Assembly: GCA_007376485.1 (NCBI GenBank)
Contig: VMGJ01000003.1
Span: 17,252 to 81,251 of the forward strand
Length of the DNA stretch: 64,000 bases
Direction: 5' to 3'
From: Parcubacteria group bacterium Licking1014_17
GTDB taxonomy: Bacteria; Patescibacteriota; Minisyncoccia; 2-02-FULL-40-12; IGHO2-01-FULL-4-A
Below the pieces are notes generated by a model. That model was not told the origin of the DNA. It did no database searches and saw nothing but the letters and a program-made list of their open reading frames with translations. This document shows, piece after piece, positions 31,032 through 41,662 of this stretch (position 1 is the stretch's first letter; each line of letters opens with the position of its first letter). The position numbers and the translations under genes are program-made.

Positions 31032-32204
31032 TCATTCAGATAAAGAAAGTAACCAACTTTCCATTTTTCCAGCGACAATCTCGTGGCTGAAATTTTTTAA
31101 TATGTGCTCCCGGCCCGCTCTGCCCATATTTTTTCTTAGATTTTCGTCATTGGCCAGTCTTAGGATTACCTCGCTTAATTGTGCCGGGTCTTTGGGCTCG
31201 ATTAAAATTCCAGTTTCATTATTTAAAACTACTTCTGATATGGAGCCGGTATCGGTTGAAATTACCGGCAATTCGCAGGCGGAAGCCTCGGCGATGGAGT
31301 ATCCAAACTGTTCCTCCCAGCCACCGAACGGTTCCGAAGGATAGGCGAAAATGTCGGACGAAGAGAATACGCCGGGCAAATCCTCGTTGGCCAGCCAATT
31401 TATAAAAATAACTTTGTCAGTAATATCCAATTCATTTGCCAATCTTTCAGCTTGGGATATTAAGGGACCGGTGCCAATAATCATCAGTCGGGCATTGGGC
31501 ATGGTTTCATAAACAACTTTAAAAGCTCTAATTAGAGTCAAGACGCCTTTTCTTTCATCAATCACACCAGCAAAAGTAATGACAAAATTATCATCCAGGC
31601 CATATTTCGTGCGGAAATTGGACTTGGCCGTCGGCTGGAAAAGTTTAGTATCAACACCTGAAATCGGTGCACGCAAAAACTTGAAACCAGCTGGAGCATA
31701 GTCCCTTAAAATCTGTTCAGATTTGTGATTGCCACAGATGGCACCGGCGGAATTAGCGACATTTCTTCTTACTACACTTTCCGTAATCTTCAGTTTCATG
31801 CCGTTTAGGCGTTCCCGGTAATGGACATTCTGCCAAGTAAAGAAAACATTTTTCAGCTTCATTTTTCTGGCGATATGACTATTGAATAGTGTCGTCAATA
31901 AATTTGGCTCGGAGGCCGAATAGAGTATGTCGCCAGGGTTGGCAGATTGTTTAAGTATTTTACCGATAGCTGGCATCCAGCCTTTTAATAGCCCCTTGAC
32001 GATGGGATAATTAGAACCGTAAAAAAAAGCTTTGACTGGGATAATTTTAATATCATCCCTGATCGGAGGAACTATGAAGCCGGATCTAGTTTTCCATTTA
32101 GCTGGTAACAAGAAAGTCAGGTTTTTCTTATTTTTAAAATAGTCAAAAACCTTAAAATATCTCTCATAGACGTATGGATATGAAGTTACAAAAATTTTAG
32201 GCAT
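31032..32204 (-). CDS. GT4-family glycosyltransferase
   Basis: EPFGGWEEQFGYSIAEASACELPVISTDTGSISEVV motif. Confidence 0.7.
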   Translation of the reverse strand: MPKIFVTSYPYVYERYFKVFDYFKNKKNLTFLLPAKWKTRSGFIVPPIRDDIKIIPVKAFFYGSNYPIVKGLLKGWMPAIGKILKQSANPGDILYSASEPNLLTTLFNSHIARKMKLKNVFFTWQNVHYRERLNGMKLKITESVVRRNVANSAGAICGNHKSEQILRDYAPAGFKFLRAPISGVDTKLFQPTAKSNFRTKYGLDDNFVITFAGVIDERKGVLTLIRAFKVVYETMPNARLMIIGTGPLISQAERLANELDITDKVIFINWLANEDLPGVFSSSDIFAYPSEPFGGWEEQFGYSIAEASACELPVISTDTGSISEVVLNNETGILIEPKDPAQLSEVILRLANDENLRKNMGRAGREHILKNFSHEIVAGKMESWLLSLSE

Positions 32205-32240
32205 TTCGGGTAAAAGGGTAGTTTTTAAATCCGGGACTGT

Positions 32241-33311
32241 TCAATTTTTGTGCACCGCCTCAATTTTTTTACTTATTTCACCTATAAATTTGCCACAAAT
32301 AATCTCCGGCGTGAAGTTCTCGCTAAATAATTTCTTGGCGTTTAAAGAAATTTCCGATCTAAGTTTATCATCATTTTTCAATATCAAAATGGCATCCGCG
32401 ATGGCATCGGGGTTCGCCGGTTCAACAAGATAGGCATTTTCTTTGTGTTTTAAAGCGTTCCTCACTGCCGGATTGTCTTCGGTAATTATCGCCTTGCCCA
32501 TAGCCATGTATTCATAAACTTTCGTCGGAACAACCATAAGCGCCTTAGTAGTTTTTGCAAAAACCCCTAAACATACGTCAAACTCGGCGATATAATCCGG
32601 CAACCTTTCCAAGGAAACTCTAATTCCTATAAATGTTACATCATCTAACTTTAAATTATATGCTATTTTTCTCATTTCATCATAAGTTTGCCCATTGCCT
32701 AACAACTTAAATTCAATATCCTTGTGGTTCTCGAGTAATTTTGCCGCCCGCAATATATATTCTATGCCATGAAGAGGAATATATGTTCCCTGAAATCCGA
32801 CTGTAAATTTTTCATGGCGGGGAAGAGGCAGGAGTTTAAATATTGAATCATCGGCTCCCACAGGAATTACCAAAAATTTGTCTTTTTCCGCGCCAAATTT
32901 TTCAACAAAATATTTGACGTGTTCCCATGTGTCCAAAACCAAATAATCCGCCAGCCGCACGGACAGCCAGTCCAGCAGATAATAATACAGCGCTCTCGCC
33001 GAATACCTGCTTGATTCGCCTCTGTCTTCGATTACGGTGTTATACAAGGAGATAAAAGAATCCAGCACGACGGGTTTTTGGGTTATTAATTTCGCGAATA
33101 AAACCATCCCCTGGCCGGCAAAACCGATAAACATAAAATCGTACTTATTCCTGACTACCCAATGTTTTTTAAAAAGTCCTATAACATTTAGGGGAAAAGT
33201 TGATCTATCATTGCATTCAATTACATCAACGCCGGCTTCCTTAAAACCCTTCAATAATATTCTATTTCTGGTGTTTTTTACGTTGTATCCTCCGAAATAG
33301 CAAATTCTCAT
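32241..33311 (-). CDS. GT4-family glycosyltransferase
   Basis: GT-B two-Rossmann architecture. C-terminal E-x7-E-type motif (YEYMAMGKAIITEDNPAVRNAL). Confidence 0.6.
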   Translation of the reverse strand: MRICYFGGYNVKNTRNRILLKGFKEAGVDVIECNDRSTFPLNVIGLFKKHWVVRNKYDFMFIGFAGQGMVLFAKLITQKPVVLDSFISLYNTVIEDRGESSRYSARALYYYLLDWLSVRLADYLVLDTWEHVKYFVEKFGAEKDKFLVIPVGADDSIFKLLPLPRHEKFTVGFQGTYIPLHGIEYILRAAKLLENHKDIEFKLLGNGQTYDEMRKIAYNLKLDDVTFIGIRVSLERLPDYIAEFDVCLGVFAKTTKALMVVPTKVYEYMAMGKAIITEDNPAVRNALKHKENAYLVEPANPDAIADAILILKNDDKLRSEISLNAKKLFSENFTPEIICGKFIGEISKKIEAVHKN

Positions 33312-33317
33312 AATAAT

Positions 33318-34382
33318 TTACGCGGCTTTTAAAACGGTGACTAATTTTTCGACTAAGTTTTCTTTTGAATGATCCCTTATTATTATATCCCTGGATATCT
33401 TACGGTAATTGGCCGCATTAGATTCTGGTAGCTTAAACAATTCACTCAGTTTCGCCGCTAAATCGTCCGCGTCTCCTTCTTTAAATAAAAAATTGTTCTT
33501 CATATCTTCATCATAATATCTTTGGAGAGCCTTATTTGAAGCCAAAACCAAACAGCCGGATGACATTGCCTCAAGGATGGTTTTATCAAAACTTCCTGTA
33601 GGCGTGAGATTAATAAAAATTTCCGCCCGTTGGTAGTACGGGCTTATTTCTTTATGGGAAATCCGGCCGAGCCAACTTATTTTTTCCTCAAGGCGCAGCT
33701 CTTTCGCCTGATTTTTCAGTTTTTCCAGATATTTTTCGTCGGCTTCGGAACTCGCTCCTCCGGCGATTGCAAGTTTCATTTTGCTGAAAATATCAGGATT
33801 TTTTTCTCCGATTATTTTCAATGATGAAAGCAAAACACCCAATTTTTTAATCGGCGAAATTCTTCCGAGGAAAAGTAGCGAATTTTTTTCCCTGACGGCA
33901 TCATTGGGCGTGAAATAACTTATATCAATCCCCTGGCCGACCGCCGCCAGTTTTTTGGTTTTGAAAGGAAAAGCTTCCGGCACGGAAGTTATGATTTTAT
34001 CGCAGAAAAAGGCGGCTTTTCTTAATTTCAAAGAATCTTTCCAGACGGCGTACCACATCACGAGCTTTTTACCCAGAAAATATTTTGCCGGTGCGGAAGC
34101 AATAGCCCAAATGGGTGCCATAAAAGCAAAAATCAGGTCATATTCGCCGCGCAAACGCCAAAGCAGGCGCCAGTAACCAAGCATCCGCCCGACTAGCGAA
34201 GGATTATTTTTTTTATCAAGTGAATAAACGGCAATGTTCGGGTGATTCTCAAAACGTCCAGCGTGTTGGGTGATTACGGAAATTTTTTCCATGTTTCGGG
34301 CAAGCCCGTAAACCCAGCCCGGAAAAAAGCCCAGAAGGTCGTCGTTTTCGTCAAGTTTGTTTACAAAAATAAGTAATTTCAT
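33318..34382 (-). CDS. GT4-family glycosyltransferase
   Basis: C-terminal FDKTILEAMSSGCLVLASNKALQRY motif, GT-B fold. Confidence 0.6.
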   Translation of the reverse strand: MKLLIFVNKLDENDDLLGFFPGWVYGLARNMEKISVITQHAGRFENHPNIAVYSLDKKNNPSLVGRMLGYWRLLWRLRGEYDLIFAFMAPIWAIASAPAKYFLGKKLVMWYAVWKDSLKLRKAAFFCDKIITSVPEAFPFKTKKLAAVGQGIDISYFTPNDAVREKNSLLFLGRISPIKKLGVLLSSLKIIGEKNPDIFSKMKLAIAGGASSEADEKYLEKLKNQAKELRLEEKISWLGRISHKEISPYYQRAEIFINLTPTGSFDKTILEAMSSGCLVLASNKALQRYYDEDMKNNFLFKEGDADDLAAKLSELFKLPESNAANYRKISRDIIIRDHSKENLVEKLVTVLKAA

Positions 34383-35488
34383 GGACGCATATATTGTTTA
34401 AGTCCATCTACAAACTTGGCGATTGCTTCTTTCTTCTCGTACGCAGTCGCGGTTTTAACGCATTCTGCCGCCATTTTTGGTAGCAATTCTTCATCTGAAA
34501 TGGCTTTTTTGATTGTTTCCGCTATTTCCTGGGCATCCCAGCCCACAAGCCAGCCATTTTCCCCGTTTGAAACAATATCTTTCATTAAGCCGACTTTCGT
34601 GGAGATAACCGGCACACCGCAAGCCATCGCCTCAAGCGCCACCCTCGGACCGCCTTCATTAAAAGAAGTAACAGCCAGTATTTTTGATTCGTTGATTAAT
34701 TCAGCCACTTCTTTTGAGTCTTTCACCCAGCCGGCGTATTTTATTCTGCCGCCAAGATTATATTTTTTAATGAAAGACTCAACTTTTTTTTCTTCCGGTC
34801 CCCTGCCGACGACTACGGCATTGACGCCGGATAATCGGACTGAATCCAAAAACAGATCTATTCCTTTATTATCGGCAAGTCGCCCGACAAAAATCACATC
34901 ATATTTTTTTTCCAAGCCAAGCGGCTTGAAAGTTTCCAAGTCCAAATATATCGCGTTCAAAAAAACGATTTTATTTTCCGGAACGCCGGCGGTTATTAAA
35001 AATTTTGGCGTTTGGGTTTTATTCATCACCTGCACGGCGGCGACGTTTTTAGCGTCTCGAGCAATAAACTTTTTAGCCAGCCAGCGGTAAAAAGATTCTT
35101 TTATGCCCGCTGATTTAGGATAGCCCGGAACGTGAAAAATCTGCAAAACATAAGGAATTTTATTTTTTCTCCACAAAAGCCAGGTTCCAAAACCATTATA
35201 AAACGGCGGATATTCCTGGACGGTCATCAAATTATAATAATGCTCCCGCGCCAGCTTGTTGCCGCATTTTTTGATCCAAAACGGCTGGAATATTTTATGC
35301 CATGGCGACGGATGAATAAAGACATTGCCGAAAACACAGCCCGGGTCGGTATTATTTTTTCCGGTGCATATTATATCGATTCTGTCCCAATACTTATACA
35401 ACTCCCCGAGTGTATTATAAAAAGCGCCCCTTACGCCGGAAAGTATGTCAGCCGCGCTGTTTCCAGAAATCATTAAAAGTTTAGTCAT
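34379..35488 (-). CDS. GT4-family glycosyltransferase
   Basis: EGGPRVALEAMACGVPVISTKVGLMKDIV motif. Overlaps the upstream gene by 4 nt. Confidence 0.7.
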   Translation of the reverse strand: MTKLLMISGNSAADILSGVRGAFYNTLGELYKYWDRIDIICTGKNNTDPGCVFGNVFIHPSPWHKIFQPFWIKKCGNKLAREHYYNLMTVQEYPPFYNGFGTWLLWRKNKIPYVLQIFHVPGYPKSAGIKESFYRWLAKKFIARDAKNVAAVQVMNKTQTPKFLITAGVPENKIVFLNAIYLDLETFKPLGLEKKYDVIFVGRLADNKGIDLFLDSVRLSGVNAVVVGRGPEEKKVESFIKKYNLGGRIKYAGWVKDSKEVAELINESKILAVTSFNEGGPRVALEAMACGVPVISTKVGLMKDIVSNGENGWLVGWDAQEIAETIKKAISDEELLPKMAAECVKTATAYEKKEAIAKFVDGLKQYMRP

Positions 35489-36674
35489 TGGTCATTTTTT
35501 CATACACATCAATAAATTTGCCTATTTGCAGGTTTATGTCGTAATTCTGCGATTCCTCAATGGCTCGGCCGGACATATATTTTTTCAATTCATCATTTTC
35601 CAGAATTATCTTGATTCTCTGGGCCATCCTGTCCACGTAATTTTCTCCCCTCGCGACCACGAAACCGGTATTGCCCGACTTTATGATTTCCGGCACCGCC
35701 CCAACGCCCAAAGCAACCACCGGCACTCCAGCCGCCATTGCTTCAATGATTGTTATCCCAAATGGCTCATAGAGCGACGAAGTGAGAAAAACCGTCGCCT
35801 GCCGGAAATAATTGCCGATTTCAACGGGCGAAACCTGGGGAATTAGTTTTACTTCATTTATCACGCTCATTTCCCTCGCCAGTTTTTTCAACCTTTCTTC
35901 AATTACTTTACTGCCGCCACCGACCATGTAAAGCAAAAACGGGACTTTACAGATATCTTTAACCCTGCGCGCGACATGAATCTGGGCTTCCACGTTTTTC
36001 CACGGGACAAATCTCTGAACCGAAAGTATTATCGGCCTTTGAAAAGTTTCCGGCCTGATTTGCCCTCCTTCGCTGTTTAGGGGTCGATATGATTCAACAT
36101 TAATAAGATTCGGCAGAACGACAACTTTTTCCGGTTCAATGCCGAGATGATTCAGTAGAATATTTTTTTGAAACTCGGATTGCGCCCATATTAAATCGTA
36201 AAGCCCCAACATTTTTTTCTCTAATCTCAGCAGGAATTTGGTTTTGGCGCTGAAATCAAAAACTTTTTCAATATCCATCACCGCCAGTTCGTCTTTATTG
36301 ATTGTCTCGTAAACATAATCGCCGGCGTATTTAATAAGCATTGGCACTTTTCTTTTGGAGAAAAAACGGCCGGCGATATAACCCAGCTTCCTGACGCTGT
36401 TCGCCTGGACAAGGGATGGCTTGAAATCAAGCCAGATATTTTTTAAGGCCCGCTTCAGCCGGAAATACCTGATTACCGAAGAAAAAATCGGATAATTCCG
36501 CCTCACGTAAAAAACGCGCACGCCGTCTTTCTCTTCAACTAAACTTTTGTCGCCAAAAGTCAGAACGCAAACCTTAATCCCCCGCGCGGCAAGTGCTCGA
36601 GCTTGGTCGTAAACCTGTTTTGCCGGTCCCCCGATTTTTGGCGGATAAACGCCGGTAATTAATAATATATTCAT
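35481..36674 (-). CDS. GT4-family glycosyltransferase
   Basis: EPFGITIIEAMAAGVPVVALGVGAVPEII motif and an N-terminal GGPAKQV motif. Confidence 0.7.
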   Translation of the reverse strand: MNILLITGVYPPKIGGPAKQVYDQARALAARGIKVCVLTFGDKSLVEEKDGVRVFYVRRNYPIFSSVIRYFRLKRALKNIWLDFKPSLVQANSVRKLGYIAGRFFSKRKVPMLIKYAGDYVYETINKDELAVMDIEKVFDFSAKTKFLLRLEKKMLGLYDLIWAQSEFQKNILLNHLGIEPEKVVVLPNLINVESYRPLNSEGGQIRPETFQRPIILSVQRFVPWKNVEAQIHVARRVKDICKVPFLLYMVGGGSKVIEERLKKLAREMSVINEVKLIPQVSPVEIGNYFRQATVFLTSSLYEPFGITIIEAMAAGVPVVALGVGAVPEIIKSGNTGFVVARGENYVDRMAQRIKIILENDELKKYMSGRAIEESQNYDINLQIGKFIDVYEKMTND

Positions 36675-36682
36675 TTATATCG

Positions 36683-37375
36683 CTAACTCATGTCTATTAA
36701 CCCAAAATACAACACCGCCATTAAGCCCTTCAGACCATCTATCCAGCGAATTTTTTTGCCCTCCTTAAAACTTCTCGGTTTATAATAAATGGGCACTTCG
36801 GCAATTTTGAATTTTCTTAATCTGGCGGTGATTTCGGCTTCTACGGCGAATCGGTTGGAAACGAGCCTTCCAGCCAGGTAATTAATCACCCTTCTGTTAA
36901 AAACCTTATACCCGACGTATATATCGGAAAGTTTCTGCCGGTTGATAATATTGGAAACAAAAGACAAAAACCTCACGCCGTAATAAAAGGAGGAATATAT
37001 ATGCCTATTTGATTCATAATACCTATTCCCAAAAATTACATCATACCCCCTCGATAAAATCGGAAATAACAGCGCCGGATAATTTTCTATGCTGTATTCC
37101 AGGTCCGCGTCCTGAATGATGGCAAAATCACCCGTGGCTTTTTTCAAGCCGTTTCTGACAGCCGTGCCCTTGCCTTTATTTATTTCATGGAAGATTTTTA
37201 CATAACGATCGGACAGGCTATTGATAATATCGCGGGAGCCGTCTTTGGAACAGTCGTCAATCAGAATAATCTCCTTATTGACGTCTCCGATATTCACAGC
37301 TTCAACCCTTTTTAACACTTCAGGGAGGTTTTTTTCTTCGTTATAAACAGGAATAATAATGCTTAATGTCTCCAT
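36683..37375 (-). CDS. family 2 glycosyltransferase (polyprenyl-phosphate sugar synthase-like)
   Basis: LSIIIPVYNEEKNL, IDDCSKDGS and QDADLE motifs. Confidence 0.7.
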   Translation of the reverse strand: METLSIIIPVYNEEKNLPEVLKRVEAVNIGDVNKEIILIDDCSKDGSRDIINSLSDRYVKIFHEINKGKGTAVRNGLKKATGDFAIIQDADLEYSIENYPALLFPILSRGYDVIFGNRYYESNRHIYSSFYYGVRFLSFVSNIINRQKLSDIYVGYKVFNRRVINYLAGRLVSNRFAVEAEITARLRKFKIAEVPIYYKPRSFKEGKKIRWIDGLKGLMAVLYFGLIDMS

Positions 37376-37381
37376 AAATTT

Positions 37382-38725
37382 TTATATAAAAATCAGCAGA
37401 AATATAAGACCTTGCACCGGCAAACGATAAGACGCCGCCGCCACGGGACCGGTGAGCACGGCAAAGTAAGCGATTACGATGGCAAAAAAAGCCAGAGCGA
37501 TAAGTGATTTTTTGTTTTTCTCCTGGATGCGGCGGTAAATATTGCACAGGATAAAGGCGTAAATAACTACCCAGAACAATTTCCCGATCCCAAAAAGAAT
37601 CATGTTGTCGAAACTTCTGCCAAATACGTAGGATACAACATCCTTAAAGTTACCCGACTTTAGCATTAACGTTATTGATTCGCTGTTATGGAAATTAATA
37701 CCTACAAGAGGATAAAATTTTTGATAGCCGTCATTGATTAAAAACGGGCATATAGTAAGAATGTGTGCGGCAACGTAGTCAAGCGGGTCGGCTCCGATTA
37801 TTTGGAGGGCGTTTTGCCTCAAATAGTTCCCATATTTGGGATCGTATAAATCCATATTGCCGCTTATACCCAAATCCTTTTCTGCCTTGCTCATAAGCTG
37901 ATTTTGGGCTTTAGTGAAAGAAATATTCTTTTGCGAGGCCAGCGCCAATGCCGCGTTGTAAAGATACAAATTATAAGAAGGGAGTGATGAAATCTGTAGG
38001 CTTTTGAAATCAACATAATTCCTAATTACCCACGGGCTTATAATCACAACAAACACCGCCACGAATACTATTGCTTTCTTAATATACACCCTGGCAATGC
38101 CCCATTTCAAGAAAAATGCGATTAGAAACAAAACGGGAATAAATTCAGCGATAGGCTTGGTCAAAACAGCCAGTGCGAGCGCAACGGCGGAAATCACCAG
38201 ATTCCGGCGGACCGGTTTGAAAAGAACCTTCAAAAAAGCAACGGACGCAATGGTTATCAAAGCCGTGAATATGGAATCGGGCGTAATAATATTGGTATTG
38301 AAATTGGAAAACGGCTCAAGAGCAAACAAAAACGCCGACCAAAAAGCCGGTTTCTCGCCGAAGATATTTTTTATGCCTCGATATAAATAAACGACGGCAA
38401 AAGATATAATCAATCCTTGTAAAACATATGCCGACACCACCCATAACCTGCCGGACAAAAAATTAACCGCGAATAAAAATATCGGGTAGAGCGGAGTTCT
38501 GAACATGGTCGGCGATAAAGGAGCTTGGGCGTCCATTGAAAATACGCCGTGTCTGAAGAGATTTATGCCGGCGTTAAGATACTGGGTGGCGTCATTGTCG
38601 GTAAAATGAATATCCTGCCCGAAGCGCCAAATAACGGTGGCGGCGATAATGAGCTTGAATAAGAGGCTCAGAATAAAGAGCAGCCGCGCCCGGTTTAAAA
38701 CAGGTTGTATTTTAGCGTTGTCCAT
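37382..38725 (-). CDS. polytopic membrane protein (putative GT-C-fold glycosyltransferase)
   Basis: 447 aa, more than 10 TM helices, embedded in the glycosyltransferase operon. Confidence 0.45.
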   Translation of the reverse strand: MDNAKIQPVLNRARLLFILSLLFKLIIAATVIWRFGQDIHFTDNDATQYLNAGINLFRHGVFSMDAQAPLSPTMFRTPLYPIFLFAVNFLSGRLWVVSAYVLQGLIISFAVVYLYRGIKNIFGEKPAFWSAFLFALEPFSNFNTNIITPDSIFTALITIASVAFLKVLFKPVRRNLVISAVALALAVLTKPIAEFIPVLFLIAFFLKWGIARVYIKKAIVFVAVFVVIISPWVIRNYVDFKSLQISSLPSYNLYLYNAALALASQKNISFTKAQNQLMSKAEKDLGISGNMDLYDPKYGNYLRQNALQIIGADPLDYVAAHILTICPFLINDGYQKFYPLVGINFHNSESITLMLKSGNFKDVVSYVFGRSFDNMILFGIGKLFWVVIYAFILCNIYRRIQEKNKKSLIALAFFAIVIAYFAVLTGPVAAASYRLPVQGLIFLLIFI

Positions 38726-38770
38726 AAAATTTGATTCCGTCGTCTCGCCTTATTTTTTTCGCCTCCATAA

Positions 38771-40498
38771 TTATTTTTTTGAGACAATATCCGTTGAATA
38801 TATTCTTATTTCGGGACCATATTGTTCATTCAGCCATAATTCCTTAAACGGATTATAAAAATCTCCGGGAAACGAGGAGGTTCTCCCATTATAGGTGTCG
38901 CCGAATGGAGAAAATACGGCGCGCAAATCCAAATTATTATTGGCATATTCAAAAAGATGGGTCTTATCCCTCATAAAACCGTCCCCGCTGGATAAAACTA
39001 TATAAGATACCCTTTTTTCTTTTAAAAATTCGGGATAGTCGCCAATTTTAAAATACCAGTCATATAGCAGATAACGCGCGGAAGGCGGATATTTTTTATC
39101 TTCAATACTTAATAAAATTCTGTTGTGCCGGCTGGCTGTCTTTACCAAACCGGAAAGTTCGTTGGCTTTTATGCCGTCTTTTGTCGGCAGAATATCCAAT
39201 ATTTGCCTGTCTTCAAGCAACGGCTCCGACGCACTCACGTTGCCGACAATCCAATCCGTAGCCATTTTACGCGTGTCGGGCAAGGTTAGTATAGATATGA
39301 GCCGAAGGTCTTGCAGTAAAATAAAAGCCCCGAAAATTACGCCGATAATTTGTACCGGATATTTAAGGGGAGAACTTGACGCAGAATTATATATTACCGC
39401 CACCGCAATTCCCGAAAGAATAATCATCATTATTTCCAAAGGAATCAGGAACCGCGGCGGAGTAAAACTGTACAAACCGAAAATAATCACAAAAACAGTC
39501 AAATAAACAATGCCGCCGTAATTGCAGCCCTTGATTAATCTTGCCAGTATTTTTTTCTTCCAGAATATAATCAGCCCCGCCAAAGCCACGATGAGAAGCA
39601 CCGGATCATAAACAAGCAGACCATGGGCTATTTGATAAAAACCTTGGCCATTAAACGAAGATACGTCATGTGCCCCGCCGGATAGCGCGATGTCAAAACC
39701 CCCTGCCCCACCGAATGTCTTGACAAACGACAAAAAAAGATAAGGATAACTTATAAAAATTAAAAATAGAGAGCCAACGCCGGAAAAAACTAAAAATTTA
39801 AGCCGGCTGATTTTTTCTCCCAATATTTTCTTGTTAAAAAGCGGAATTAATAGAAAAACACCGGCAAGAAAACCATTCTGCAGGATGCCGGCGGCGAAAC
39901 CAATGCTTAATCCCAGAAGCAAAGCCCTCCAAGCCGATGGCCATTCCGTAAAAAACAAATATAAATAATAAGCCAGCAATAGCGCGAAGCCGGCTATTAT
40001 ATGCGGCCTTTCGAATTTTCCGAAATGAAATAACAGTAAATTAAAAGCCGAAAAGAACGCCGCCGATAGCGCGGCAATTTCCGGCTTTGGCAATTCCAAT
40101 TTTCTTGCCAATTTGCCGGTGGTGTAAAAAGCCAGCGGAATTATTAAAATCCCAAAAAATATTGATATTATGCGGGAAATCAAAAATGAAACGTCGGGAT
40201 TCAAAACGGTGTATTGAATGAAGTTGGAGATCGAACTAAAACCGCCGGTCAGCTTGCCTGCCAGAAACCAGATTCCGTGAACGAAAAGAATCAGATATGG
40301 GGTGATGAAAGGATATTTTACGGGACTGGAAAACGCGTCTAAATTGCCTCTCCGAACGCTTTCGCCGATGTCCATCGCTTCGGAAATATTCTGGGTATCG
40401 CCGATATAGCCCAGCCCGTAATGCAAGCCATAAAAGCGAAGACCCGTGGAAATAAGCAGTATGAGTAAAAATATTATGATTACATTTCTTGAATTCAT
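38771..40498 (-). CDS. polytopic membrane protein (putative GT-C-fold glycosyltransferase, ArnT-like)
   Basis: 575 aa. A TM-rich N-terminal 2/3 plus a soluble C-terminal domain. Same operon as the other transferases. Confidence 0.5.
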   Translation of the reverse strand: MNSRNVIIIFLLILLISTGLRFYGLHYGLGYIGDTQNISEAMDIGESVRRGNLDAFSSPVKYPFITPYLILFVHGIWFLAGKLTGGFSSISNFIQYTVLNPDVSFLISRIISIFFGILIIPLAFYTTGKLARKLELPKPEIAALSAAFFSAFNLLLFHFGKFERPHIIAGFALLLAYYLYLFFTEWPSAWRALLLGLSIGFAAGILQNGFLAGVFLLIPLFNKKILGEKISRLKFLVFSGVGSLFLIFISYPYLFLSFVKTFGGAGGFDIALSGGAHDVSSFNGQGFYQIAHGLLVYDPVLLIVALAGLIIFWKKKILARLIKGCNYGGIVYLTVFVIIFGLYSFTPPRFLIPLEIMMIILSGIAVAVIYNSASSSPLKYPVQIIGVIFGAFILLQDLRLISILTLPDTRKMATDWIVGNVSASEPLLEDRQILDILPTKDGIKANELSGLVKTASRHNRILLSIEDKKYPPSARYLLYDWYFKIGDYPEFLKEKRVSYIVLSSGDGFMRDKTHLFEYANNNLDLRAVFSPFGDTYNGRTSSFPGDFYNPFKELWLNEQYGPEIRIYSTDIVSKK

Positions 40499-40502
40499 CC
40501 GA

Positions 40503-41660
40503 TTAATTTAGTATTTTTCTGTAATTATCGGCAATCAAATCCCAGTTATATTTGTTCCGCACTAATTTCTTTGCCCGCGAGGCAAGATTTTGCCTTAGAT
40601 TATCGTCGGCTAAAATCGCGTCTATGGCTAGAGCAATTGATTCCGGATTGTTTGGTTTACAGGCAATTCCGGTTTCGCCGTCCTTAAGAAAATTTGGAAT
40701 GCCGCCGACAAGAGTCCCGACTATAGGCACCTCCATAGCCATTGCCTCCAAAAAAGCCGTCCCGAGGCCTTCCGAAACGGATGGGCGCGCGAATATGTCA
40801 GACATCGCCAGATATTTGGGCAGGTCGTCGTGTTTTACGGAACCCGCGAATATAACTTTATTTTTTAAACCTAAATTGGACGCAAGTTTTTCCGCTACTC
40901 CCCGCAAATGGCCATTGCCGACAAGCAATAATTTCCAGTTTTTTGTTTTCAACAGCGAACAAGCCACGATAAGGTCTAAAACGCCGTTTTTGGGCACCAA
41001 ACGCGACACGCTTATGATTACTTTTTCGTCCTTATTAATTCCCAGCAGGTTTTTCTCCGATTCCGCCTCGCCGGCATATTTTTCTTTACCGAAAAGTTCA
41101 ATATCAACGCCGTTGGGAATGACAAAGATTTTATTTTCGGAAATGCCCTGCTTGGCAATATATGATTTAAGATAATTACTAATAACCACAATTTTGTCCG
41201 CTTTTTTTATGATTAATTTACGGAAAATACTTTTTAATATCCCCTGTTTATCCAGGCTTTCGCCTTCCTGGACATTCAGGACAAACTGTTTCCCGTAGAA
41301 AATTTTATAAAGCCAGGCGGCGCCACCTCCCTGGGACGCCTGGAGCGCAAAAATATAATTATAGGGACCTTTTTTTTGGGTAAGCCGGGCGGATTTTATG
41401 AAAGCCGAGATTGGGAAAAATATTTTAGGCACGAAAAAGTTCGTAAGAGAAAACCTACCGCCGCAGCGAAAAACATCCGTGTTGCCGATGCGCTCTTCGC
41501 TTTTCAAATCCCGGTCATACGATCCTCCCCGCGAATTAAATCTTGAGGTGATAAGGTCAAAATGAAAATCCGGCAATCTGTCGGTAATATTTTTTACCGC
41601 CAGCTCGGCGCCGCCGATAGAAGGAAGATAAGATGTCGTAAAAATTAAAACTTTTTTCAT
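40503..41660 (-). CDS. GT4-family glycosyltransferase
   Basis: SEGLGTAFLEAMAMEVPIVGTLVGGIPNFL motif. Confidence 0.7.
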   Translation of the reverse strand: MKKVLIFTTSYLPSIGGAELAVKNITDRLPDFHFDLITSRFNSRGGSYDRDLKSEERIGNTDVFRCGGRFSLTNFFVPKIFFPISAFIKSARLTQKKGPYNYIFALQASQGGGAAWLYKIFYGKQFVLNVQEGESLDKQGILKSIFRKLIIKKADKIVVISNYLKSYIAKQGISENKIFVIPNGVDIELFGKEKYAGEAESEKNLLGINKDEKVIISVSRLVPKNGVLDLIVACSLLKTKNWKLLLVGNGHLRGVAEKLASNLGLKNKVIFAGSVKHDDLPKYLAMSDIFARPSVSEGLGTAFLEAMAMEVPIVGTLVGGIPNFLKDGETGIACKPNNPESIALAIDAILADDNLRQNLASRAKKLVRNKYNWDLIADNYRKILN

Positions 41661-41662
41661 TG

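Noticed and set aside
33630-33824. Short sense/antisense ORFs (60-100 aa) scattered inside the GT4 genes, for example 33630..33824, 33955..34176 and 31009..31344
   Set aside because: They overlap longer, motif-bearing ORFs on the opposite strand or in another frame. Treated as noise.
34416-35090. 224-aa plus-strand ORF, and similar long antisense ORFs at 40552..41175, 20915..21499, 46216..46812, 26602..27045 and 62501..62962
   Set aside because: Each lies antisense to a well-supported glycosyltransferase or surface-protein gene. The composition is low-complexity and Ser/Leu/Ile-rich, typical of reverse-frame readings of AT-rich coding DNA. No motifs and no SD.
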